Shown: one piece after another, positions 19,101 to 27,114 of the stretch | Numbering within the stretch: position 1 is the stretch's first letter | Layout: each line of letters starts with the position of its first letter | Virus record (IMG/VR): IMGVR_UViG_3300012950_000001 | DNA: 64,000 bases | Direction: 5' to 3' (one strand) | DNA from: an uncultured virus (IMG/VR IMGVR_UViG_3300012950_000001) | Lineage: Duplodnaviria; Heunggongvirae; Uroviricota; Caudoviricetes | Made by a program: the position numbers and the translations under genes | Notes under the pieces: generated by a model | What the model was told of the DNA's origin: nothing | What the model saw: only the letters and a program-made list of their open reading frames with translations | Databases searched by the model: none

Positions 19101-20889
19101 ACCATCAAGTGGTATTACAACTATCAGTGGTGCTTCAGTCGAGAAATGGAGTGGAGATCCTCCAGAAGGAACATACCTTCACATCTTCGACAATGGCCCG
19201 ATTTACGAGAAGGTTACTCTCGCAGCTCAGGCACAGAAGGTTACTACAAGACTCTACGGTACTCTGGAACATCCAGATATCGACTTCACACCCCATTATG
19301 GTATCGAAAGAAACATCGGTATCGAGACTGGAATTACATTATCGCCTGGTGGTGGTACGGACAGAACTACTGGTATTACAACTTCCAGCTTTATTCCGAA
19401 CTATCCAGGCGGTCAATCTGCTCTTGATGGACAAGGTGGAAAGACTCACGAAGTTATCAAGATCGATGGTCGTTCGATCTCCAGAACCAACGCTCCTATC
19501 AGTACTCACGGTGTTATCTACATTCTGGGTATTGGTACTGCTGGAAACGGTGTTGGAGGCCCAGACGAGAAAGGAGATCTCGATGGAGTCGAATTTGGTG
19601 CAAAAGAACGCTTTATACCTGCAACCGAATACGGTTTCGGGTCGATCATGTTCGACTTTACTGGAACGGCTCCATCCAGAGTCATTCAGGTATTTGGTTA
19701 TTATGGAGACGACAGAGATCCAGGCGCTGGTACAACTGGTCAAATCAGTATCAGGAACGAAGGTTCAGTTGGCTCTTCCGAGAAACTTACTGTTCAGGAA
19801 GTCGGAATATCCACTTACAACTTCAGTGGTGCATACTCAGATTTCAAATCTACATTTACAGAAGTTGGATCTGGATCTCTATACTCCATCGGTGGATCTT
19901 CAGAGAACGTTGCAGCTGCAGAACTTGTTGCTGGAACTTCCATATTCAATGGAACTGCACAAGAATCCTTCATTGCTCAGACTCCAGAGAATACTGCAAC
20001 GCTTACACTCTCTGGAACTGGAGATGCCTTCCGTCAGCGTATATGGGTTGGTACTGGAAATATCTCTCTCAGCAACAACATCAAGGTTGTTACTGGAATC
20101 AGAATTTCCTTGGCTGGAAATGGTTCTCTATTCGGATTCGGTGCTGCTGCAGAAGCAATTCCATATCAAGGATTTGCAAGTTCTGTTCTTGTCGATTTTG
20201 TTGGAGAGGCAGAAACAAGAGAGATCGCAGTTTATCAGGATCACGTTACATCTGGTATTCTTACATTCTCTGGTGCTCTTTCGCATCCACTCATCGACTT
20301 CACTCCTGCTCCAAAGGGATCTGGATTATTCACAGTTGGTGGTACTCTCGATCTCAAGGTATTCACCAGAGAAATTGGATCTGGTTCTGCTACGATTACT
20401 GGTGGATCGGATGTCAAATTCATCAGTCAGGCTGGCGAAGGAACAATTCTTTACGATCTCAAGGGTGCTTCGGCAATCACGAAACTCCATTGGGTCTATC
20501 AGGATTTCGTTACTTCTGGTATTGCTACAGTCTCTGGTCTTGGTGGGACAAAAGAGATTCAGAATTATGGATACTACGGAGACGACAGAGATCCAGGCAC
20601 ATCAGGAATTATTACGATCTCTGGAACACCTCTGGTACATCCAGATGTTCGTTACATTCCACATGTTGGAATTGGAGTCGCAGTTCTATACGATATCGGG
20701 GGAAGCTCTACCGAGAGAAGGGCTTGGGCTCCAGTATACGGAACAGGATCCTTCAAGAAATTTGCATCTCTCGATGAGGCATACGCAAGAACATCCTACA
20801 TTGCTAGTGGTCAAGTTAATATTAATGGTATCGCTCCAACTGAAATTCTGGTCTTCGAGGAAGGAAGAACCTACGTTGTTATTATTTAA
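16180..20889 (+). CDS. Large repetitive Gly/Thr/Ser-rich virion structural protein (fibre/tail-associated, function unknown)
   Basis: 1569-aa ORF; TTG start with SD AGGAGGT at 16168-16174; D[YW]G, AQTPENT, GYYGDDRDPG and HP.IDFTP internal repeats; lies in the structural cluster. Confidence 0.75.
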   Translation: MTVFVYDNTKIDEFVGIDQGSILTSSSENIDYGDINQTAVIERDANYFNVDYWGEIRWLGDIVPFGPINVVDGRDEFGRSRSQVIFPADNTVLFDVGAAALTNPVRPWIGSGTIFEIGHGLERLVIPDLGAAGPVIFNTTGVVDESYSKANYKGNGVGLQISQTAATELDQVYPWDGTGTFNVSGGTTTPDHESYLPVIKNAAKIKGGNRRNYQIDRVIFDYSRDPRETWTQDNYGSVTTRQGSTFGSTSLSFDDTIEDALAKEVSFSDTSVITGDNYGLITDTPTSFRDDGVIERKFGGQISLHEYQAYGVGAVESRPFFFNGSGSIFKLAEATDVAQTPVVTGSGTINVSGTNWFSQAPQSTVFGVGDTVTVSGSADERFVPQTPEGTVLYSVTGNADTARSRITTGSRNPFRITGSVSDISIVTGSGDKSNTVLYSISGGYTDLKAVKADGNINLFDITGGMTQGKPVFTPSWFSPLGDQVTEELDWGQIVATPTQPAEDWEVIRTNDETIPKSAENWGYLLPDFNWAQLGGQHYPNLDSLSTGESSWIRQTSAITETATFLLSEDPDVAAALAWESSGKSGIATHNAGIFISGELWLSQAPQHTVFGEEGQFTISSTGNESITPWIPEGSGSLFTLGGSAEATTKAHLQGDYQYIGGTAGQVFSPAVPGTGSITLSQGREPGQTYSRIIDTPELAFGGTFNMVGQALSQAFFAYNTSSLFVGQTNEDYGNITNDPAFGWDLNQLGQASGTETFDDETNKYDQDVLFSSGGLTYDQGSGGVTVLPSFDKTNSYSSDLSTTVVSQSWGILGEQQLEPRSDAQYTQETPHFTGFKHQSEGTRNGLEDFGWVNETAPTANRYPFETPIKIVDASPPAKTQWIPKYHGSGTLIVTGLSTAPVRVAVASSNTTLFDFQGTTAPEKFIAQTPENTVLYDTSGLLVERTTKDWVGLGTITLQKHQGVGFTTYRRIIFPPSSGITTISGASVEKWSGDPPEGTYLHIFDNGPIYEKVTLAAQAQKVTTRLYGTLEHPDIDFTPHYGIERNIGIETGITLSPGGGTDRTTGITTSSFIPNYPGGQSALDGQGGKTHEVIKIDGRSISRTNAPISTHGVIYILGIGTAGNGVGGPDEKGDLDGVEFGAKERFIPATEYGFGSIMFDFTGTAPSRVIQVFGYYGDDRDPGAGTTGQISIRNEGSVGSSEKLTVQEVGISTYNFSGAYSDFKSTFTEVGSGSLYSIGGSSENVAAAELVAGTSIFNGTAQESFIAQTPENTATLTLSGTGDAFRQRIWVGTGNISLSNNIKVVTGIRISLAGNGSLFGFGAAAEAIPYQGFASSVLVDFVGEAETREIAVYQDHVTSGILTFSGALSHPLIDFTPAPKGSGLFTVGGTLDLKVFTREIGSGSATITGGSDVKFISQAGEGTILYDLKGASAITKLHWVYQDFVTSGIATVSGLGGTKEIQNYGYYGDDRDPGTSGIITISGTPLVHPDVRYIPHVGIGVAVLYDIGGSSTERRAWAPVYGTGSFKKFASLDEAYARTSYIASGQVNINGIAPTEILVFEEGRTYVVII
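18952..19996 (+). repeat. 25-nt exact direct repeat ATTGCTCAGACTCCAGAGAATACTG (18952-18976 and 19972-19996)
   Basis: Read directly; 1020 nt apart, in frame (IAQTPENT). Confidence 0.9.
19705..20598 (+). repeat. 21-nt exact direct repeat GGAGACGACAGAGATCCAGGC (19705-19725 and 20578-20598)
   Basis: Read directly; 873 nt apart, in frame (GDDRDPG). Confidence 0.9.
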
Positions 20890-20892
20890 TTC

Positions 20893-20900
20893 TATAAATA
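20893..20900 (+). promoter_or_regulatory. T4 late promoter TATAAATA
   Basis: Perfect consensus between the 1569-aa gene and the 20934 ORF. Confidence 0.8.
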
Positions 20901-20933
20901 AATCAGAAGCATAACTATTTGACCTCTTGAAAT

Positions 20934-21392
20934 ATGACTAAGCAGGTTCAATTTAGAAAGGGTACAACCGCTGAACACTTTAACTTTACAGGTGCGTTAG
21001 CAGAAATTACCGTTGATACCGATAAAAATACCGCAGTTGTACATGACGGTGCAACGCCTGGTGGATTTGAACTTGCAAAAGCAAGATGGACATTTGTTAG
21101 CGGAAATTATACTGCTGGTACGAACCAGAAATATACTGTTGATTCTACGAACAGTCCAGCGGGATTCGATCTTACTCTCCCCACGCCTCGTGCGGTAGGA
21201 GACTGGATATGGGTGGAGGACTTTTCTAATTTCTTAAGTATTAACCCCATAAATATAGTATCACAATACTCATTTGAAAACGGACATTTGGTTCAGGCCT
21301 CATCTCCTTTTATTATGGATGTGTCAGGGGCATCAGTAACATTCATTTGGAATGGATCTCTGTGGAAGATATTCAATAACAGGAGTAGTTAG
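20934..21392 (+). CDS. Tail-fibre-associated protein: Mtd_N-like N-terminus plus T4 gp34-like repeat
   Basis: QVQFRKGTTAEH..FTGA.AEITVDTDK....VHDG.T.GG is the Mtd/hyaluronidase N-terminal type motif; C-terminal LTLP....GD.I...D....F..NP..I resembles the C-terminus of the 21830 fibre. Confidence 0.7.
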   Translation: MTKQVQFRKGTTAEHFNFTGALAEITVDTDKNTAVVHDGATPGGFELAKARWTFVSGNYTAGTNQKYTVDSTNSPAGFDLTLPTPRAVGDWIWVEDFSNFLSINPINIVSQYSFENGHLVQASSPFIMDVSGASVTFIWNGSLWKIFNNRSS

Positions 21393-21394
21393 AA

Positions 21395-21799
21395 ATGGCA
21401 CTAACCCTAAGTAATTCAATTTCTGGTGAATTTATCCCTTCAGAATCGTCGGGTTTTTTCACCTATGCTCTAAGAAGAGATGCAGAGCATATGCTCTACT
21501 TCTCAAAAGTTAGTGCTGCTGGAACAGAATTAGGAGAGTTCTATCGTTTGGATGGAACTGCTATACCAGAATTTGGTGATGGTGTAGATTATGGTTGTTA
21601 TGATGTCGGTGTTGGTAAAACATCTGTTATCCGATTGGATGTTGCTACCGAGAAAAAATCTTTAGATGACCCAAGTGATAAATATCAACAGATCCGCTTT
21701 GACAGAAGAAATCTGTACTATTACATAGATGATGACGGTTTCTTTGTCATAAGGTTCAATGGGCCAGATTATGATTATTCAACCATCGGACCAAAATAA
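21395..21799 (+). CDS. Conserved cyanophage hypothetical protein (tail region)
   Basis: Tightly packed ORF; YALRRD...LY and KYQQ.RFD.RNL.YYIDDDG.FV.R motifs. Confidence 0.7.
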   Translation: MALTLSNSISGEFIPSESSGFFTYALRRDAEHMLYFSKVSAAGTELGEFYRLDGTAIPEFGDGVDYGCYDVGVGKTSVIRLDVATEKKSLDDPSDKYQQIRFDRRNLYYYIDDDGFFVIRFNGPDYDYSTIGPK

Positions 21800-21829
21800 T
21801 CCCATTCAGATAATTAACTAGGAGAAACA

Positions 21830-24800
21830 ATGGCTGAGTTTAGACTTGGAAGAGTAAAATTCAACTGGACAGGTGATTGGGCTGTATCCAAGTCCTACCT
21901 GATCGATGACATCGTGAAGTTCGGTGGTAACACATATGTTGCTACATCGAATCACACATCGACGGCCAGCACATCGAATTTTTACGCAAACGATTTAGGG
22001 AACTGGAACGTTCATATCGAGGGCCTTGCACAGAAAGGTGCTTGGGCAACTGGTACTTACTATCGTGTCAATGACCTCGTTACCTATGGTAACGTGGTTT
22101 ATCGTGTGACAACGGCTCACACTTCAGAAGGAACTTTCATAGACAATACGAAAGTAACTCCATATGTCTCTGGATTTAAATCCGAGGGAGATTGGGCAAA
22201 TGGTGACGAGTATCAAGCAGGTGACGTTGTTAATTACAACGGATCTTCTTATGTTGCTTTAACAACATCTCTCGCAGGATTTCAACCTCCACAAAACTTA
22301 GGAGTCGCAACCGATCCTAATGCTAAGTGGACAATCTTATCAGATGGTCTTGCTGGTGCCGCTCTTACGTACTCCGAGAACTCTTATTATAGAGGTGACT
22401 TGGTTCAGTATGGTGGTAACATCTACCGTCATAAGATTGGTGTTACAACAAACGTTTCTCCATTACAGGTTGGTCTTGGATCAGTCGCTCCCGAATCATA
22501 TAATGGTGATGCAGTCTGGGATCTCCTAGTAAAAGGTTTTAATTTTGTAGGTAACTTCTCTACAACTTATACCTATCACCCAGGCCATCTTTCAAGATAT
22601 GGTTCAACTTCTTACCTATCAGTTGGTTCATCCCACATTAATGTAATTCCTACTGCTGGAATTGGAACATATTGGGAAGTTCTTGCTCAGGGTGATTCCT
22701 CTGGTGCGATGAACACCAAGGGTGACATCATTACATACAACTCAGGTAATGTAAGAATTGGTATTGGTTCTACAGGTTATGCTCTTGCAGTTCAAGCAAA
22801 CGGATTGCCAGGATACGAGATTGTAGGTAACCAAACAAGAATCTATTATGTTGACTCTGAAGACGGAGTTGATACAAACAACGGTCTTGCACCTAACTTG
22901 GCGTTTAAGACTATTAAGAAGGCTTGCGAAGCTGCACGTCCTCTAACAACTATTACTGGAGTTGATTACACTAGTGCAACTGGTGTTTCAACCGTTACGG
23001 CTCCTGGCCACGGACTACAAAACACTGGTACTTTCGTCCAGTTACAGGGTCTTGACTTTGAGTGTCTATCTGGAGGTAACGTATTCAACATTCTGGGTAT
23101 GGTAATGAACAAGGCAGTTGGTCTTGCGACTATAACTGCTATTGGTCTTGGTGGTGCTCCTGAAGTTTCTATCGGTGAAAAAGTTAGAATCAGGAAATTG
23201 AATGTTACTTATACTGGTTCTGCAAGATTCACACACCAATTCCAGACCGCTGCTACTGGTGCAGTTATCGCTGGTGGTAATTACGCTCATAACTTTATTA
23301 GTTGTGCTGCTAACGGTGTTCAAATCGTTGGTGGATCAAGTGTAACTCCAACAGGTTCTACATACGACCCTGCAAATGGTAACTTAGTACTAACACTGTC
23401 TGGTCATAGTCTATCAACTTCTGATAAACTTACCATTTCCGCTAACGCACTGACATTTACTTGTGCGATGAACGGTAATGCTTCTAACAAGACATATCCT
23501 CGTACAACTGACCCAACATACGGTCAACAGTTGAACATTACAGGAACAACAACAAATACCGTTACGGTTAACGTTGGTGCTTCTGCTCAGGAACTACTTA
23601 CACCGACTGCTGCTACCTACAACGAAAACACTGGTGATTTAACACTTACAATTGCCGCTCACGGTTTAACTGCTGGTACTGCAATCAAACTCGCTAACGA
23701 TGGATTAACATTCCGTTGTTCAATGGACGGTTATACAACCGATCACACATATCCAAGATCAAGTGATCCTAAGTATAACACTTCAATCGATATTACTCAG
23801 GTAACCACTAACACAATTACAATTAACGTTGGTGCGGCTGCTGCAAGTGCTACTATTACAGGTAAGTTCCCTGCTGTACATACTCAAGGTTCTTATGAGT
23901 TCCTAGTAACTGCTGTTCCTGATGCAAACTCTGTTGTATTGAACGTTGGTGTATCAACAGTTGATTACAACTACGCTTCTGGTGGTACTGGATTCGTTGG
24001 TCTAACTACAACCACATATCCTAGAGTTGTTTCCAAGTCTTACTTCGAGATTCTTGAAGTTCCCGACGGTGATACATTCAAGGTTAATGTTGGTGTTTCT
24101 ACTCAGGCTCACGAGTACGTAAGTGGCGGTACAATGACTGACTTGACACCTGCTATCCTGAAACTATCTGCTTCGCAGTTCTATGAGCAACTTCCAATTG
24201 TTGTTCCTCCTTACACTGCTATCGTAGGTAACGCACTTAGAGGTTCTCAGGTTCTACCTGCAACTGGTACATCTGATGATGGTACTACACCAAACAACAG
24301 GTCCCACATGTTCAAGATGTCTGACTCTACAACGATTCAGGCGATCTCCATGAAAGGAATGGAAGGATTCACATATGACTCTAACGCTCCTTGGCAACTA
24401 GACAATTCAAATATCAGAACTGGTATTGGTACAACTGCTTGCGGTATATTCGTCTCCTTCAACCCAGATTCTCCAATTAACGATAAATCACCATACGTTA
24501 AGGACTGTACTGCTTTCTCAGACAATGCTGCAGAGGCAGTTCCTCCAAGATTTGGTGGTGGTGCTTGTGGAGTACTCGCTGATGGTGGAGTACATAATGA
24601 AGGTGCAAAATCGATGGTATTCGATGCCTTCACACACGTCGCATCTGACGGTGCTGGATATGTTCTAGACAGAAGTGCAATCGCTGAGATTGTTTCCTGC
24701 TTCACATACTACGCCCGTTGGGGATACTACTCAGGTGGTGGATCAAGAATTCGTGGAGTTGGTGGTAACAACTCATATGGTGACTATGGAGTCATCTCTT

Positions 24801-26257
24801 CTGGATTCTCAACTGATGAGACACCAAGGACTGCAAGAGTCTTCGGAGACATGATGACAGTTCTTGGTGCTAACAAGGCTGGTACAGTCTCAGTTGGTGC
24901 AACAATGTTCGGTGCAACATCTAAGGCAACTGCATGGATGTTAAACGATCAGATCTCTGCTGATAAGATTTACTTCAAGTATCAAACTGGATACGGTAAC
25001 GCTGGAATCGGAACCACTGGTTTCGTAGATTCAGAGGTTATCTGGTTCGGTGCTGGTGCTGAGGCAAGTTCTGGAGTTGGTTCAATTACCGTCGGTACTG
25101 CTGCAAGTTCAGTCACAGGACAAAAGGGTACAATTCTTGAGGTTGATAATACTTCTGGAGTACTCCTAGTTGGTGACGCTATCGGAATTAAGACATCACT
25201 CTATGGTGCAGATGAAAGATTCTACATCATTAACACAGTTACAAACGTTTCTACCGCATCTACTTACTACGAGTGGAAGGCAGGATCAACCGCAGGTATC
25301 GCAATTACGTTCCCGAATCGTGCTACTCTGACAATTTCGCCAGAGAAGACAATCGGTACATGGGATACAAGGGCTGTAACTAACGCAGGCGCTGGATCTA
25401 CAATTGACGTTAGAACATTGTTCTCACAGTGTCGTCTAACAGGTCACGATTTCCTCGCAGTTGGTACAGGTAACAAAACAGAAACTAACTATCCTAACGT
25501 TGATCTCGCTGGAGTTATTCAGGGTAATGAGACAAACGTATTTGGGCCTGGTAAGGTGTTCTTCGTATCTACCGACCAAGGTGGTAACTTCCGAGTTGGT
25601 GAATTCTTCTCGGTTGATCAGCTAACTGGTCGTGCTACATTGGATGCTTCCGCCTTCAACCTGTCTGGTTTGACAGAATTGAGACTGGGTGCTATTGGTG
25701 GTCAGATTGGTGAATCAATTAGTGAATTCTCCTCCGACCAAACACTTGCAGGTAACGCTAACAACGCAGTTCCAACTGAGTACGCAGTTAGGGGATTCTT
25801 AACTCGTGGCGCAATGGGAACCAAGGCGATGACACCTCCAGTAGGTACAACCGCTCAAAGACCTGGCGGCGTTGATGATGAGTTCAACACTGGTGCATTG
25901 AGATTCAACACTACTCTTGGTTCTCTTGAGTACTATGATGGAACTTCATGGCAACAGCCTGGTAACCTTGCGTTTAGTACATTAACATCTAATACAAACG
26001 TTCTTGCTAATAACGTCTACTTCTGTCAGACCACTGGTGGTCCATTCAGTTGTACTTTACCTGCTGCTCCTAACCTTGGAGACACAATCAGGTTCTTCGA
26101 CGTTGCTAAGACCTTCGACACTAACGCATTGACAATCTCCCGTAACGGAAAACCGATTCAGGGTGATACTTCAGATCTTACCGTAAATACAGAAGGTGCC
26201 GCATTTGAGTTATCCTTCTCTGGTGATACATACGGATGGAGACTATTCACCATCTAA
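21830..26257 (+). CDS. Long tail fibre-like protein with N-terminal carbohydrate-binding-module-like repeats
   Basis: MAEFRLGR.KF.W.G.W; repeated W....Y...D.V.YGG..Y units; YYV...G.D.N.G...AFKTIKKA (pectin-lyase-like start); GHDFL.VGTG; PVGTTAQRP; gp34-like C-terminal repeat; GGAG RBS. Confidence 0.8.
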   Translation: MAEFRLGRVKFNWTGDWAVSKSYLIDDIVKFGGNTYVATSNHTSTASTSNFYANDLGNWNVHIEGLAQKGAWATGTYYRVNDLVTYGNVVYRVTTAHTSEGTFIDNTKVTPYVSGFKSEGDWANGDEYQAGDVVNYNGSSYVALTTSLAGFQPPQNLGVATDPNAKWTILSDGLAGAALTYSENSYYRGDLVQYGGNIYRHKIGVTTNVSPLQVGLGSVAPESYNGDAVWDLLVKGFNFVGNFSTTYTYHPGHLSRYGSTSYLSVGSSHINVIPTAGIGTYWEVLAQGDSSGAMNTKGDIITYNSGNVRIGIGSTGYALAVQANGLPGYEIVGNQTRIYYVDSEDGVDTNNGLAPNLAFKTIKKACEAARPLTTITGVDYTSATGVSTVTAPGHGLQNTGTFVQLQGLDFECLSGGNVFNILGMVMNKAVGLATITAIGLGGAPEVSIGEKVRIRKLNVTYTGSARFTHQFQTAATGAVIAGGNYAHNFISCAANGVQIVGGSSVTPTGSTYDPANGNLVLTLSGHSLSTSDKLTISANALTFTCAMNGNASNKTYPRTTDPTYGQQLNITGTTTNTVTVNVGASAQELLTPTAATYNENTGDLTLTIAAHGLTAGTAIKLANDGLTFRCSMDGYTTDHTYPRSSDPKYNTSIDITQVTTNTITINVGAAAASATITGKFPAVHTQGSYEFLVTAVPDANSVVLNVGVSTVDYNYASGGTGFVGLTTTTYPRVVSKSYFEILEVPDGDTFKVNVGVSTQAHEYVSGGTMTDLTPAILKLSASQFYEQLPIVVPPYTAIVGNALRGSQVLPATGTSDDGTTPNNRSHMFKMSDSTTIQAISMKGMEGFTYDSNAPWQLDNSNIRTGIGTTACGIFVSFNPDSPINDKSPYVKDCTAFSDNAAEAVPPRFGGGACGVLADGGVHNEGAKSMVFDAFTHVASDGAGYVLDRSAIAEIVSCFTYYARWGYYSGGGSRIRGVGGNNSYGDYGVISSGFSTDETPRTARVFGDMMTVLGANKAGTVSVGATMFGATSKATAWMLNDQISADKIYFKYQTGYGNAGIGTTGFVDSEVIWFGAGAEASSGVGSITVGTAASSVTGQKGTILEVDNTSGVLLVGDAIGIKTSLYGADERFYIINTVTNVSTASTYYEWKAGSTAGIAITFPNRATLTISPEKTIGTWDTRAVTNAGAGSTIDVRTLFSQCRLTGHDFLAVGTGNKTETNYPNVDLAGVIQGNETNVFGPGKVFFVSTDQGGNFRVGEFFSVDQLTGRATLDASAFNLSGLTELRLGAIGGQIGESISEFSSDQTLAGNANNAVPTEYAVRGFLTRGAMGTKAMTPPVGTTAQRPGGVDDEFNTGALRFNTTLGSLEYYDGTSWQQPGNLAFSTLTSNTNVLANNVYFCQTTGGPFSCTLPAAPNLGDTIRFFDVAKTFDTNALTISRNGKPIQGDTSDLTVNTEGAAFELSFSGDTYGWRLFTI

Positions 26258-26265
26258 TGTGATTC

Positions 26266-26282
26266 GGGAGGATCTTCCTCCC
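26266..26282 (+). other. Intergenic RNA hairpin (GGGAGG-atctt-CCTCCC) with no U-tract
   Basis: Perfect 6-bp GC-rich stem just after the fibre stop; possible mRNA stability or processing element. Confidence 0.45.
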
Positions 26283-26322
26283 ATTCTATTATGAATTATT
26301 AACCCCTTAAACAGGATTGTAA

Positions 26323-27105
26323 ATGGCAAGTTATCGATCATATAAAAAAGTAACGGCAGCTATGGTTCCTGATGGATCCATAAGTGTAGAGAAACTTGCG
26401 CCAGGTTCTGGTCCATCTTTTTGTGTAAAGCATATTAAAGGATCACCAAACTCATGTACGCCTGGTTGCTGCTGTAACTGGCAAGTACCATCAGGTGCTT
26501 CACGTATTACGTGGGAAGTTTGGGGTGCTGGAGGAAATGGACATGGATCATGTTCCTGCAACAGATGTCAGCACTACAGGGCTGCATCAGGTGGTGCATA
26601 CAATATTAAGACCATTCAGACTTCTGGTGGTTGTCAATATAGTGTATGTGCTGGAGGAGTTTATAGATGTTGTTCTAGGGAATGTAACGGTTGCGAAGGA
26701 TGTTCATCTTACGTAAATGGTTATAACTTATCCAACTTCTGTGCCAGAGGTGGTGCAAGAGGTTGTGCAAACACTGACTGGTCAAACCATTGTCACTCTA
26801 CTTGGTGGTGCTGCATGGCGCCAGGAAGTTGGGGTGGAGACTTTACCATGAGTGGTCACCAGGCACACTGGTCTGGTCACTGGAACTGTCATTGTGGTTC
26901 AACCGTTGGTAACGTTTGTTCGCCAGGAGCTCCGTTCCTTGCAATGGGTCAAGAACACAGAATGACTCACTGTTGGCAACGTTGTGGTTGCTGGACTGCG
27001 CCTTATGCAACAGGAGGCGGTGGGGCTTTAACATCCTACTGTGGTCGTTGTTGTGGTCAGGGTGGCCAGGGTGGATCTGGCGTTGTACGTATTACTTGGA
27101 TGTAA
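26323..27105 (+). CDS. Cys-rich glycine-rich-domain protein, paralogue 1 (putative fibre-tip/adhesin)
   Basis: WEVWGAGG.G ... GG.GG.G.V.I.W glycine-rich fibre-tip framework; 29 Cys in 260 aa by count. Confidence 0.7.
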   Translation: MASYRSYKKVTAAMVPDGSISVEKLAPGSGPSFCVKHIKGSPNSCTPGCCCNWQVPSGASRITWEVWGAGGNGHGSCSCNRCQHYRAASGGAYNIKTIQTSGGCQYSVCAGGVYRCCSRECNGCEGCSSYVNGYNLSNFCARGGARGCANTDWSNHCHSTWWCCMAPGSWGGDFTMSGHQAHWSGHWNCHCGSTVGNVCSPGAPFLAMGQEHRMTHCWQRCGCWTAPYATGGGGALTSYCGRCCGQGGQGGSGVVRITWM

Positions 27106-27114
27106 GGAGCAGAA

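Noticed and set aside
17576..20774. Canonical X XXY YYZ slippery site explaining the open frames
   Set aside because: Only short runs seen (CAAAAAC near 19051; CT repeats near 17806 and 20063); no convincing heptamer with a stimulator by eye.
20043..20777. 244-aa Trp/Cys-rich +2-frame ORF as a gene
   Set aside because: Composition is what Gly/Ala/Thr codons give in the +2 frame. The frame is open from 19428, so the ATG is incidental; treated as part of the stop-free zone.
18524..20914. 796-aa +1-frame ORF as a conventional stand-alone gene
   Set aside because: GTG start with no clear RBS and a shadow-frame Leu/Val/Gln composition without recognisable motifs. Not listed as a CDS; its openness is reported as a finding.
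20934..21392. Diversity-generating retroelement suggested by the Mtd-like N-terminus
   Set aside because: No reverse transcriptase in the window, no adenine-specific TR/VR pair, and no C-type-lectin C-terminus.
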